NCBI GenBank assembly: GCA_964019335.1
Contig: OZ025661.1
Location: 186,001-250,000 of the forward strand
Origin: Diplonema japonicum
Lineage: Eukaryota; Protista; Euglenozoa: Diplonemea
Direction of reading: 5' to 3'
Length of the DNA: 64,000 bases
Positions 24,537 to 35,533 of the stretch are shown here, piece by piece; the first letter of the stretch is position 1, and each line of letters starts with the position of its first letter. Made by a program: the position numbers and the translations under genes. The notes beneath the pieces are model-generated. The model worked only from the letters and a program-made list of their open reading frames with translations. It was not told the origin of the DNA and ran no database searches.

Positions 24537-25438
24537 CTCAAAGTACAGGACAAGCCCCCCGCTAGAGGGCCGCCCTATGGGAGGGGGGGTCTATCTGTTA
24601 ATACTCCCCTTCTGGAGCATTGCTTTCATCCCGATTGAGGCCCTGAGCGTCTTGCAAAAAATATATGAGTTAAAGGAAGTCTTTGTGAGACGCCCCCTTG
24701 TTCTCATGCTCTACCTGCACCTATCCCCCTTCAGCAGCGGTTTCTCCTTCTTCGGTGGTCGTGCCGGCCTCCTCCCCAGCTTGGCTACTTTTTCCCTTCT
24801 TTCCTTTGCCCATTGCTTGCCTCGGGCCCCGCCGCCTTCCGTGCCTCCGACACGCTCCACGTCTTTAGCCACAACGGTGGCGCGTCCTCCTTCCTCCTCC
24901 TTCGTTCTTCGATGTACATACCGGTACCTTCTGCACCCCCGGCCTGCTTCGCTTTCTTCGCGTCGCTCGCCGACAGATAGACCAGGAGGTCCATCTTGGT
25001 GAGCTTGCCGTCCCACCCCTCGCCCCTCGGGTCTGACAGCCCTCGGGTCCCGATCCCCATGGATCCGAGCACCTTCTTCGTGTGCTCTCTCGCGTCGGCC
25101 TCGACCTGCTCCCAGCCTTCCCCCGCCGCCGGTCGCCTCCATACCACTCTCAGCACCTCGGTGGCGTTCTCGTCTTCGTCCTCGTCCTCGTCCATCCAGC
25201 GTTCCTGCTGCTGCTTGCCATGTGTCTTCGGCCATCCCGCCTCTGCCGTTACCCTCACCGCGCGTACCACCTTCCCCTTCCCTGGTCTCGCCCGCGCTAC
25301 CTGCACCCACGAAGGTGCTGCCCCCTGCTGGGGTTTTTGCTCTCCTCCTGAGGGAGAAGACCCAGGGCCACCACTTGGAGGTTCCCCAGCCATGATTGAT
25401 TGTGATTTTGTTAATTCCAACCCAATATCCAGCCCCTG
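24537..25438 (-). mobile_element. Second internally deleted retroelement (ORF1 start at 25393 fused to ...QKGSINR* end)
   Basis: Homologous C-terminus and 3' hairpin; A-runs on both sides. Confidence 0.75.
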
Positions 25439-25447
25439 AAAAAAAAA

Positions 25448-25776
25448 TGGGGCTTTGATTGCAACACTAGGTGGCGTTAAGCGTGCAACGAAGCACGAAC
25501 TACCTACTTGATTACAGGGGGCGCTCCTCGGCCGAGCAGTAGCTTCTTCTGCGTTCCACGTCGTGTCCTTAATGCGTGCGGTGTGCTCAACCCTTGCCGG
25601 GGCGTCCCGGGTAACCAAGATTCTGCGCTTGTGCAGTTTGCTGCCTGTTCGTCACCCTGAGCATCTGCTTTATGATCTTCTTCCACTCGGGCGCTACCGG
25701 TGATGACCGACGAGGAGGTCAACAGCGAACAACACATCTGAGGTACTTCTTATATTTCCATGTTATCCCCACCACC
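25448..25776 (-). mobile_element. 329-bp non-autonomous element, copy 2
   Basis: Near-identical to 9588-9916. Confidence 0.85.
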
Positions 25777-25835
25777 TTAAAAAAAAAAACGGGGGAATGA
25801 TGGGGGGTGGTGGAAGAAAGAAAACTGTAAAGCCT

Positions 25836-26924
25836 TCACTTCGTGAAGCCCCAAGAATACAGCGTACGTCCTCTGTGATCCTGGTACACGTTGGGAGCAG
25901 CGTAGCAAAGGCTGTCCGAGCGTGTTGTGGGGGGGCGCTTGGGGGGCTCTGGAGAACAGGGCGGTGGTGTCTTCATGTTCTTCCTTTGGGTTTCGACCAA
26001 GCGTTTCTCCTCCATCTGGTGCAAGATGGTGTTCCGCACTTGGTATGCGACTTCCTTTTGTTTTCGCCGCCTCTCTTCGATTTTTCTTGCTGTCTTGTCG
26101 ACGTGCTGGGCCTCCTTGACCTCTGCTCGTTTCTCTTGCTTTTTGCTTTTCGTTCTTCTGGTTTTCTTTTCAAGAAATTCCCTGGTGCGTTGATCCCTTT
26201 CTTGCGTCTGCTTCGATTTCTTTGTGTCCAGCATGCGGAGGTACTCTTCCTTCAATCTCTGCTGATCGCCTTCACACATTACTTTTTCATAGTTCTGACG
26301 CTGCGTATGGGCCTCTAGTTTCCACCTCTCGATTTCTTCCAAGTGTTTCCTTCTCTCTCTGTAAGCAGTCGTTTTCCGCTCAATTTCCTGTTTTTTGATG
26401 ATGTTCAGCTCCTTTTCCATTCTCCTGTTGTGCATGTCAGCGACGCGCCGTTCGTCTTCTTGCTCCTGTCGAATCTTCTGTTTCACGATTCTCTGCTCTG
26501 CCGCCTTGTTGTTCAGAGCCTCTGTCCGTTCTTGAGCTCGGCTCTCCTTCTCTAATGCCAGCCTGTCAAGAAACTGCCTTCTTAAGTTGTACAGCTGTTT
26601 GTCTTCTGCGAGCTTCTCCTCCCGCAAAGCTTCAGCACGCCGGCCCATCTGACGTAGTTTCGACGGTTCGTTCGGCGGTGTGGCAATGACCCTCTTCTTG
26701 TCCCTGTAGCTCTTATCCATGATGTTCCCCACCTCCACCCTGCTTAGGATGGGCAGCAAGCTGGTATTTTCCTGGGGTGTTTCCTTTTTTCCCCCATCCT
26801 CCCCTCAAACCTTTGACCTTTGACTGCTCGTGAGCAGCCCATCGATTCCCATTGAGTACGAGAGCGGCTTGTCCGGCTCAGGGGGGTTTGTAAGACTTCG
26901 CAACATCATCATTGTCCGTGTCAT
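25836..26924 (-). CDS. Coiled-coil hypothetical protein, intron 26772-26810
   Basis: A 39-nt GT-AG intron links exon MTRTMMML...SQRSK to the charged 307-aa ORF. Confidence 0.7.
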
Positions 26925-27361
26925 TTGAATGATGTGAACCCCTCCCCCCCCTCCCCTTTCTACTAACACTTTTCTTTTTTCAAAAAAGAGCTGGCATCTG
27001 CAAAGAAAGAGGCGGACGCCTGCCTTAAGAGCAGGCCAACGCCGAAGGAGCGCGAGACCCCTACGTACATTACGAGAGTCACGGCACACAGCAGAAGGGT
27101 GAGCTTGACTACATCATAAGAAGCTTCTGAAATACATGAAGATGATACAAGAGACGCCACAGGTTGTAGGGGTACAGTTCTGTGGGAGATGGTGATGACG
27201 CGCAGAGGGAGCTTGCGGGGCGCCGCATCTCCGAGAAGCGTGACCTCGTGATGGCCACGCGAGTATTACAACACAATGACATGGGAGACAGGTTGAAGAA
27301 AAAGAGGAGAAAAAAAAAAAAAAAAACGGTGAAGACACACTTTTTTTGTTTTTTTTTGATT

Positions 27362-27446
27362 TTACAATTCTTGGATATGCGTGTATGGCAGCACCCCATA
27401 GTAATGGCGAATGGTTGCTTCGTATCCGTCGCCGGTGGAACGCTGG

Positions 27447-27481
<35 letters not shown>

Positions 27482-28304
27482 CCCTTTCCCTTCTCATGCA
27501 TACCACCCAAGTGATCCCAACTATGGTGAAGTACGCACCAAGGAAGACAAACACGTGCCACCACGCGTGGAGCTGAGGGTACACCCCGAAGAGAGCGGTG
27601 ATCTCGTGACAGAACAGCCTGTCGCAAACCCAGCAGAACACCGCAGTCCCGTGGAAGCTTAGAGCGGTTTTCAAAACGGTGATGGAGGCAGGATCCGCTT
27701 TCGACGTGCTTCTAAACTGGCGAAGAATCGCCCAGGGGAGGAGAATAATAGTGGCGACGGTGAGAATATGGGATATGATGGGGTAGAAAAGACCCCATAT
27801 AGGGGTTATCAGAACGACAGTGATCAGCGTTTCTGGTGAGAAAACAAGGAATCTTGCAGTTACGCCGATGGTTTCCTCAAGCCGGGTCTTTGGGACTACC
27901 AAGAGAATTGCATAATAGTTGGTCCAGCAAATTGTGATTTCGTCTAAAACCTGGCCAAGTTTTGAGAGAGTGGCGTGGAAGTACAATGACCCGAGACCGA
28001 CCAGTGTTAAGGTGGTGAGGCAGAAGGCGAATCTTGGTTCTACCCGTCTTCGCATCCTGGAGTGAAGCACCCACGCAAGACCTGCAATCGGGATGATGAC
28101 GAGCCCGCTAATCGTGTTCCAAAACTCCACCACATTCTCGTTGAATTCATAATTCACCTCACACCAGTCTATCGGCGAGCTGTGCCAGTTCACGCTGTCC
28201 CTTAGTTCCGTGCGGTTCCCTTCCGAGAATGCGATAACATATGTGATGGCGATGATGAGAAGGCAGGCCGCCCTGTACACCCACATGGCATCTGTTTGGT
28301 TCAT
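27362..28304 (-). CDS. Alkaline ceramidase (ACER family), intron 27443-27503
   Basis: SPIDWCEVNY, EFWNTIS, GSLYFHATL, DE, LHAWWH; spliced C-terminus ...GVLPYTHIQEL*. Confidence 0.92.
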
Positions 28305-28493
28305 TTTTTTTTTCTTCCGCCCTCCCTCCTCTGTTATTTTTTTTTTTTTTTTTTTTTTTTTTTTGGGAATTTGAGATATATGAGGCGTAAAAAAAAAAAA
28401 AAAAAAGAAATAAAATAAATTTAAATAAAAAACACTAAAAGAAAAGAACGGGAATCAAGGACAACAAAAAAAAAGTTTTTTCTTTCTTTTTTT

Positions 28494-29093
28494 TTAATTC
28501 TTCTTCGCGATCTTGTTCTTCTTCTCGCAGCTTTCGTGGAGTTCTTTGAAATGAGCCTTGACCTTTTCCAATGCAAGGGCTCTGTGGCTGATTTTGTTTT
28601 TCTCGGCGGGGTCCATCTCGGCGAAGGTTAGTTTGCTGCAGCTGGGAAGGAAGCAAGGGTCCCAACCGAAATTTCTCGGCCCTCTAGGCGCGACAATGGA
28701 TCCCTCGCACCGACCTTCGAAGCATACTGGCTCCTGACCGGGTTCGCAATAGGTGAAAATGCACTGGGCGTAGCCGGTTTTGTCTTCAAACCCAGCCAGC
28801 ATCTTTGGAAGCCCCTCAACAGTGAGCTTCTCGAGGAACCACTTTATGTAGGGCCCTGGGAGACCATTGAGACCATTGAAACACAACCCCGTGTCTTCGG
28901 TTAAAACTGGTTCCTTCAGCTGCCTGCATGCTTCGCGTGCCTTCTCCTTGGCGATGTCAAAGGACTCGCCTTGAAGCTCAGGGAGGTCCACCTTTCGCGA
29001 TGTAACCTCAACGTTTCCCTTTAGAATCGCATTCACCTCCTTCAACTTGTTCGCGTTCCCCGTCACAAATGTAACACTCGGGAGCGTCGTCAT
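28494..29093 (-). CDS. ITPA: Inosine triphosphate pyrophosphatase (HAM1 family)
   Basis: [37 protein letters not shown]. Confidence 0.97.
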   Translation of the reverse strand: MTTLPSVTFVTGNANKLKEVNAILKGNVEVTSRKVDLPELQGESFDIAKEKAREACRQLKEPVLTEDTGLCFNGLNGLPGPYIKWFLEKLTVEGLPKMLAGFEDKTGYAQCIFTYCEPGQEPVCFEGRCEGSIVAPRGPRNFGWDPCFLPSCSKLTFAEMDPAEKNKISHRALALEKVKAHFKELHESCEKKNKIAKKN

Positions 29094-29178
29094 TTTTTTT
29101 TCCCCCCTTTTTCTTTCTGGCGGTTTTTTTTTTTTTTTTTTTTTCCAAAAAAAAAAAAAAAAAAAAAAACTCTACATT

Positions 29179-29998
29179 TCAACAATCTCCTGAGAGTAGG
29201 ATAAGCTTCTTTACAGATTCGACAAATTCTGGTTCGAGTCCAGGGTCACCCATGGTGCTCACAAGCTTTAAAATTCCCAACATTGCTGCTGTTGGGGAGA
29301 GATAGGGTATGAACCCCTCCATGATCCCTAAAAACGTCGAAGGGGAGTAAACCTGGGAGGCAACAGAGATGCCGGTGAGGTAAGTAGAGCAAGTTGTGGA
29401 GAGGACAGCACGCTGCTGAGAAGTAAGCCGACGAAGGGTGCTCCTAATACCCATCATAAGAATATTTATCTCGTGGTCTGTGGGGGGCGCAGCTTCCGTC
29501 TCGCTTTTCATATTGGAGGCAACACACATTTTGTCATTTAAGCTTTTTATTAAACTCAATGCTTCGGTGGCTAGAGAGTCACGTTCTTCTACCGTTTTTT
29601 GCCGCTTTTCGGGCTTTTTCTCGGTTGTTGTTGTTGCTGTCGTTGGCGGACGTTTCGTAACGTCCAACGGCTTCCGCAGCAACGAACGGATTTTGCTCGC
29701 TTTTTCTTTCTTTAGAACAAAGGAGTTGTCGGTTATCCTTCCTACCACATCTATCAGCTGATTTTTCACAATAATTACGGCTTGCCCTGTTTCGCTTTTT
29801 GTATACACCCCTGTGCTGCTCTTGTCGCTTTGTAAGATGACTGCTTTCATCTTTTTTTTTTTCTTTTCCTTCTTCTTTTTTTTTTTCCTCGCATACCATA
29901 GACCTCCTCCCCCCCACAATCACAGCTAGCTCGAAGTCAACCTTAGGCCCTCCTGCAATTGCCATGACGTCCCCCTTCGTTATGGTGATTCCTTCCAT
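29179..29998 (-). CDS. Hypothetical protein, purine-rich intron 29851-29896
   Basis: MEGITITKGD...RRSM|MKAVILQ... joined in phase 0 by GTATGC...AAAG. Confidence 0.65.
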
Positions 29999-30129
29999 AT
30001 TCTTCCCGCCACCCTCCCTCTTTTCGTTATTTTCTTTTTTTTTTAAGGGGGGGGAAAAAAGAGAGAGGTAGACTCATCAAGAAAAAGAATGTATAATCGG
30101 AATGGAGTATTTAAAAAAAAAAAAAAAAA

Positions 30130-30261
30130 GAGACATTTAAGGTACCTGCGGTATGTGGCAGGAAGCCCGAATTAAAAACTCGATAACTGATGTACGAGAC
30201 AAAGGAAGTCAGTGTTTGGTGGCACCCTGCACAAGAACAGCCTACTTGATTACAGGGGGGT
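30130..30261 (-). mobile_element. 132-bp SINE-like member of the (T)n-flanked family
   Basis: 3' 34 nt match 6098-6132 (one indel); 5' 19 nt are identical to 9643-9661; A-runs on both sides. Confidence 0.8.
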
Positions 30262-30552
30262 AAAAAAAAACAAAAGATTTCAACATCATATATAGATGTG
30301 AATAACAAGTGAAGCGGAAACAAAAATTTGATATAAATTTCGATGGCCGAATGGATGCTCACCGTTTAAATCAAAAAGAAGAAAAAAAAAATAACAATAA
30401 TGAAACTCTTTAAAGCCTGAAAAAAAGTAAAGGAAATTATCCGGTAACCAGATAAAATACTTGAAGAATGGCTACCCCTGCATTTGGTTAGGCAACAGGG
30501 GCGGGTTTCCCACCTTTTTTTTTTTTTTTCCTTTTCTTTTTCTTCCGCATTT

Positions 30553-30984
30553 CTATTTCCTCAAGCACTGCATCCTTGTCGTCATCTGGTCCGCGAAGTC
30601 ATTGTGGTACTCTTTGATGGGGGTGAACCCGTACTTCTTGTAGAAAGGGATACCAATGGCATTCTTGTTGAACACTTCCACTTCAAGTGTCTCATGCATG
30701 GGTGCCACATGGTTAACCAGCTTCGTCCCGATGCCTTTTCCGTGGGAGGAGGGCTTGACGAAGAGCCCTCCTATCTCGTTCCCCATCATCGCCACGAAGC
30801 CATCAATCTTTCCCCCTGTTTCGTGAACGTAAATCTCACCCTCAGGGATGAACTTTTCTACCATCATGGTCGTCACATTATCCGTGACTTCCTGACTGAT
30901 GAAGGGATGCCCGGCAGCCCACCCAGCCTTCCACACCTCAAGAATTGCTTCAGCGTCGGTGTCCAACTTCTTTCGGATGCTCAT
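30553..30984 (-). CDS. GNAT N-acetyltransferase (bacterial YjaB/YiaC-like)
   Basis: IGGLFVKPSSHGKGIGTKLV motif A; VFNKNAIGIPFYKKYGF motif B. Confidence 0.88.
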   Translation of the reverse strand: MSIRKKLDTDAEAILEVWKAGWAAGHPFISQEVTDNVTTMMVEKFIPEGEIYVHETGGKIDGFVAMMGNEIGGLFVKPSSHGKGIGTKLVNHVAPMHETLEVEVFNKNAIGIPFYKKYGFTPIKEYHNDFADQMTTRMQCLRK

Positions 30985-31074
30985 TGTTGTTGTTCTTTGT
31001 TCCTTTTTTATTTTGGGTTGTTTTAATTCTTATGGTAAAAATATTTTTATAAAAAAAAAAAAATAAAAGGAAAA

Positions 31075-31506
31075 CTACTGCCCAGTGATGGCAAGAATGA
31101 CATTACCGGCTGCAATGTGGAAAGCAGTCGCGAGTCCATCCTTTGCAAGCCTTACCAAGGTCAGGAGCAGCACCGTGACCAGCATTCTCCTGGCGATGGG
31201 AGGGCGCTTACGACTGCTGTTGCAGGGAATGGTGTAACTCGTGAAAAGATGGTCTGCCTTTACGACCACCTTGACTCCCGTGAGACCTTGTTTATTCAAA
31301 GCATCCTGCAAACAGCCTGCCACCTCAGTGTACCCACTCTTCGAAAAATCCTCACTGAAAGGCACACTCACCACTGCCTTTGTCACACCTCTGCAAGCAG
31401 CGCTTTGCAGATCATGGAGCACTAGCCTTTCCATCTTTTCCGCCTCCACATACAAAGAAATACTCAAAAGGTCACTCAGTTGCTTACCCTTTTGTACCTT
31501 CCACAT
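31075..31506 (-). CDS. Hypothetical protein with C-terminal hydrophobic segment
   Basis: ORF from MWKVQKG; C-terminal MLVTVLLLTLV. Confidence 0.5.
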   Translation of the reverse strand: MWKVQKGKQLSDLLSISLYVEAEKMERLVLHDLQSAACRGVTKAVVSVPFSEDFSKSGYTEVAGCLQDALNKQGLTGVKVVVKADHLFTSYTIPCNSSRKRPPIARRMLVTVLLLTLVRLAKDGLATAFHIAAGNVILAITGQ

Positions 31507-32012
31507 CTCAGGGACCAAATAAAACAAAGAGAAGAGCCCCGCACCCTCCCTTCTTTTATTATGAAACCCACCCAACCCCCTATTTTGTTGCGCTTTATTA
31601 CTAGACGGACGGGCAGAACAAAGAAAAGTATAACGTGGGTGAGATGTAAGGAAGGATTGGGCTAAAAGGAAACTCAGAGATAGTCTTTCTGGCCAGAGTT
31701 TAAAGGAGCTTTTTCAGCGCATGAAAAAAAACCTCAGATGAGACAAATAATAAGAGATCAGATAAAGGAGGTTCCTGTTTGGAACGTCCCCCTTGTCTCT
31801 ACTTATCTTAAAAAAAGCGAGGTTAGGAACTCGGGGGGTGGCGGGGGGGGGACTCGAAAAAGATCCAGTGCTCATGAGGCCCACTGTTCTTGTAGAACTT
31901 CACACTAATCGGTCACCGTTCTGCGGTTGCTGCTTGTAGATGGGGCGGTTTGGCTCAAGGAGAAGAGATAAGTGACCTCCTCGTAGCCGTCAAGGGGTCG
32001 AGCAATTAAAAT

Positions 32013-32053
32013 ACTCAAAGTGCAGGACAAACCCTCTCATGGAGGGCCGCCCT
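32013..32053 (-). repeat. Retroelement-type 3' hairpin motif right after the 1022-aa gene
   Basis: 34/41 identical to 24536-24576. Confidence 0.75.
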
Positions 32054-32062
32054 TGAGCACAG

Positions 32063-35000
32063 CTAGGAAAGGAGCTTCTCATCGTCGATGACCAGCCCGA
32101 GTTTTTGCCAGATGCCTGCGAACACCGACCGGAGATCCTCGACATATACTATGTCGTTTGCTTTACAAAATTCCATTTTCTTCATGATGTACACATCGCC
32201 GAAGTCCTCCGACTCGATGTGCGCACGACTGGCAGTGAGCATGAAGTCGGTTTGTTTTATGCCGGTGTTCAGCTTCCCAACCCCACGACGGAGGAGATCA
32301 AGATGAGGCCGGATCAGTTCGAAGAGGGACTCGTCACTACCACCACCACCACCGTTCACGAAAGACTCAATACGCGCGATGACAGCATTAATATCTTCGA
32401 CCTGCCTAGCCAGCCACACGGACGGGTCGCGGATGTTCTGGTGCTGCATGAGGTCGCATTTTGTTATGACGATTTTAAAAGGTGTTCCTGATGAGAGTAT
32501 CACCGCAAGTCTTACGATGAAGCTGTTGTTCCTCGTCGCTTCTGTGATGCCGCACAGGATGTAATAGTTTAACGGAGTCACGATCTTCTCCCCTCTGGCA
32601 GCAGAGTCGCTCAGACCCGGGTTGTCGATTACTCTCAGCTTCTCGCTGAGCGACGAGCGGTAGCCAGTCTTTCGTTTCGTCCCGCCCGATGTGTCGCTGT
32701 TGCATGTTGCTTTTGTTTCGAAAACAGTGTTGCACAGGCTGCTTTTACCGTTTCTGGTATCGCCCATGACCTGGACGACGAAGGAGTCTGCCATAAGTTT
32801 TCGCAGATTGGCCACCACCAAAACGCACCACAGTAGTTTTGCAAGGTCCGCCCTGTCAGCCGGCACGCAGAGCCCCATCCCCAAGTGGTGGTCTTTTCCG
32901 TAGAAGGTCTCCCAGTGGTCGCGAACAAACTCCCCGGCGAATTCGTTTATCTCTGTAGAGAGAAGCGTGTCCAGAGATTTCTTCATCTTATTCGTCACGA
33001 GGTTCACCAACAACTGCTCTTTGATAAATATAGACTGGTCTCGGTAGTAGTCCTTCTCGATTGAGGCGATGAGAAATTCTACTTTTTTAACGTACCCAGG
33101 ACCGACCCTCCAGAAAAGCTTCAGTGTTTGGTATTGAAGACCGACTAAAACGGGAGCGCAGATCAAGCCTGCAGGGTTCAGGGTGGCAAGGGTAGCTGCA
33201 GTTCCGAGGCTTGCAAGGGTTTTTGTGATCAACTGCGCGACCTGGTGTGGAACGGCAGAGCTGAGGCAGAGTTGGATGTCAGCGGTTTCTAGGGTCTTCA
33301 GGGGGCCGTGGATCTCCTTGTTGAGTAGTTCGAGAATCTCTTCATCACATTTGTCGTCGGAGAGGGTATTCACGTAGGTGGCGAGGGTTTGGTTGTAGGT
33401 AACAAGACACGGCATTCCCAAAATCCTTGCCCCTTGGTTTGCCTTGTTGTTTTCCACCACCTTCTGGACGTACTGGATCGACCTGATTGAAGCGAGCAGT
33501 TTTGGGAAGACAAACTCGTTGTCTTCATTGTGCAGCAACGCGTATTGTATGCCCCTCGTCACAAGTTCCCCCACAGACATTCTTTCATAGATTTCTCCGT
33601 ACTTGCTCAGCATGAAACACGCGAGGTCGCTGCTTTTGTCCAGTTTCACTGTTCTTTCAATAGTTTCGTCCCCGGAAATGCAGCATAGTGCCAGGGTTTT
33701 CACCTTCCCCCAGTTCACTTCAGAGTATCGAAGTTTCCCGGAAACCTGATTCATGCTGATGTTTATGAGCCGCACGGGATATTGTTTCACGCTCTCGTCA
33801 TGTGCGATAACCTTCAGCTGGATGGTGTCCACGAAGCACATGTTCGTCCCGCTGACCTTCGCAGTCACGAAGCTGTTGATGCACCTCAGCGTGCAGTTCT
33901 CTATAACGGGGAACACCTCCGGCTGCAACGCTTTACTGTACGCCGCTGTGCTGTGCCACCTCAAATCGCTTGCTGCGACTGAAGCCGTGCTACTACAGAT
34001 AAACGGCAGCACGTCGCCACTAAGCTCATTTATCGCATTGTTTTCTGCCACGCAGATCACTCCAACAGGTTCCCTCCTCTCCACAGACCTTTCCAGTTCC
34101 TTTCGAACGTCTGCTAAGGCGTTTTGAAGCCCTTTTGAAACGCCTGTAGGCTTACACTCCTTTTCGATGTCGATCCCAGGCAACGCTTCCCAGAACAGGT
34201 CAGGGGACTCCTTCGGACCGCATGCTTGTTTCGCCCATTGCAAGGCACCCACTCCGTGCTGAGCTTTTCTCATGGTAAGGTAGGGAACAGGGTCTGCCCG
34301 GGTTATGGTCTGTCGGATGCGCTCTTTAATGAGAAAGAGGGCGGGCTGGTCGGGGAGGAAGATCAATGGCGTCCCGAAGGTGAAGCATATTTTTGTTTTC
34401 TCAGGGAGGTAGCTGTTCTTTTCGAAAATGTGCAGCATATCGATGGCCATCTTTCCTCCATGGTCATACCCGGAAAAGGCTATGGTACTTTGGTCTGGAA
34501 AGTACTTCGATATATGCTCCTTGATGTCATTCTTCGTCTTATTAATACTGGAATGTCCCATTTTGGACAATGGCCCACGGCACCCCACATAGACGGTGTG
34601 CTTGTCGGCCTGCACTGTGAAGTAAGGTTCTGTCTCTGTCTCTTCTTCATCAGAATCGTTCAGGTTCGTTGAAGGCTCTCCGTAGATAGTGTAAACACCC
34701 TGTGCTGTTGTGTTCAGCGTCGTTGGGATTGTGGTACTCTCGTAGTGCGTTATAGGAAGGATCATGTGGTGCATGGCTTCTGCGACGAGTAGAGCATTTC
34801 TGTACCTTTCTGTGGTGAAGACGTCGGAACTCAACCCTTCGGCATGGGTTGTGAAGGATCTTGATGCGCTTTGTATGGTTACGGTGTAGCGTGCCCCTTT
34901 CTTCAGGGCTTTTAGGAGTAATAGATTGCTGCCTGCTTCGCTTGTTACTTTCTGCGGTGGGTGATCTTCGTCTTGTTCGTCGCTCCGGACCTGGATTTTC

Positions 35001-35131
35001 AACTCTGTGGTTTCTTCTCCCATCCACTCTACCAAGGCCTCTCCGTGACCCTCGTACACCTGCACTCCGTATGTGCCGCGCGATTCCACCTTAACCTCCT
35101 TCGGGGCTGTGAACCTACGTAGGAAGTCCAT
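32063..35131 (-). CDS. Class-3 lipase-like (degenerate) + TM + P-loop GTPase fusion, 1022 aa
   Basis: VGCRGP, FSGYDHGG (degenerate GHSxGG), CFTFGTP, DPVP; GDTRNGKSS, VIDNPG, TKCD as G1/G3/G4. Confidence 0.75.
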   Translation of the reverse strand: MDFLRRFTAPKEVKVESRGTYGVQVYEGHGEALVEWMGEETTELKIQVRSDEQDEDHPPQKVTSEAGSNLLLLKALKKGARYTVTIQSASRSFTTHAEGLSSDVFTTERYRNALLVAEAMHHMILPITHYESTTIPTTLNTTAQGVYTIYGEPSTNLNDSDEEETETEPYFTVQADKHTVYVGCRGPLSKMGHSSINKTKNDIKEHISKYFPDQSTIAFSGYDHGGKMAIDMLHIFEKNSYLPEKTKICFTFGTPLIFLPDQPALFLIKERIRQTITRADPVPYLTMRKAQHGVGALQWAKQACGPKESPDLFWEALPGIDIEKECKPTGVSKGLQNALADVRKELERSVERREPVGVICVAENNAINELSGDVLPFICSSTASVAASDLRWHSTAAYSKALQPEVFPVIENCTLRCINSFVTAKVSGTNMCFVDTIQLKVIAHDESVKQYPVRLINISMNQVSGKLRYSEVNWGKVKTLALCCISGDETIERTVKLDKSSDLACFMLSKYGEIYERMSVGELVTRGIQYALLHNEDNEFVFPKLLASIRSIQYVQKVVENNKANQGARILGMPCLVTYNQTLATYVNTLSDDKCDEEILELLNKEIHGPLKTLETADIQLCLSSAVPHQVAQLITKTLASLGTAATLATLNPAGLICAPVLVGLQYQTLKLFWRVGPGYVKKVEFLIASIEKDYYRDQSIFIKEQLLVNLVTNKMKKSLDTLLSTEINEFAGEFVRDHWETFYGKDHHLGMGLCVPADRADLAKLLWCVLVVANLRKLMADSFVVQVMGDTRNGKSSLCNTVFETKATCNSDTSGGTKRKTGYRSSLSEKLRVIDNPGLSDSAARGEKIVTPLNYYILCGITEATRNNSFIVRLAVILSSGTPFKIVITKCDLMQHQNIRDPSVWLARQVEDINAVIARIESFVNGGGGGSDESLFELIRPHLDLLRRGVGKLNTGIKQTDFMLTASRAHIESEDFGDVYIMKKMEFCKANDIVYVEDLRSVFAGIWQKLGLVIDDEKLLS

Positions 35132-35483
35132 TTATTTTTCCCTCTTCTCCTTCTTTTTTTTTTGTTTGTTACTGGTGTGGTTTTGCTTGTGAAAAAACTT
35201 TTGTTGGGGGGGGTAAGGAGGGAGAAAATTCGTCAAGACCCACACGGGATAAGAGTGAGAAACAAAAAGGAAAATACATAGAGGCACGGGAGGTTCTTTT
35301 TTTATTTAAAAATTCTTTATGCTCCGTGAGACAAAAGCCCCCCCCCCCCCCCCCGTGGGTCCCCCATCATTCTACCCTACTCTATCTCTCGGAAGAAGAA
35401 GAAAACAAAAAAAAAAGGTTGTTTGTTGTAGGGAACAAAAGGTAGGGGAAAAAAAAAAGGAGATTTTTCTTCTTGCTATTTCT

Positions 35484-35524
<41 letters not shown>

Positions 35525-35533
35525 CCCCCGTCT

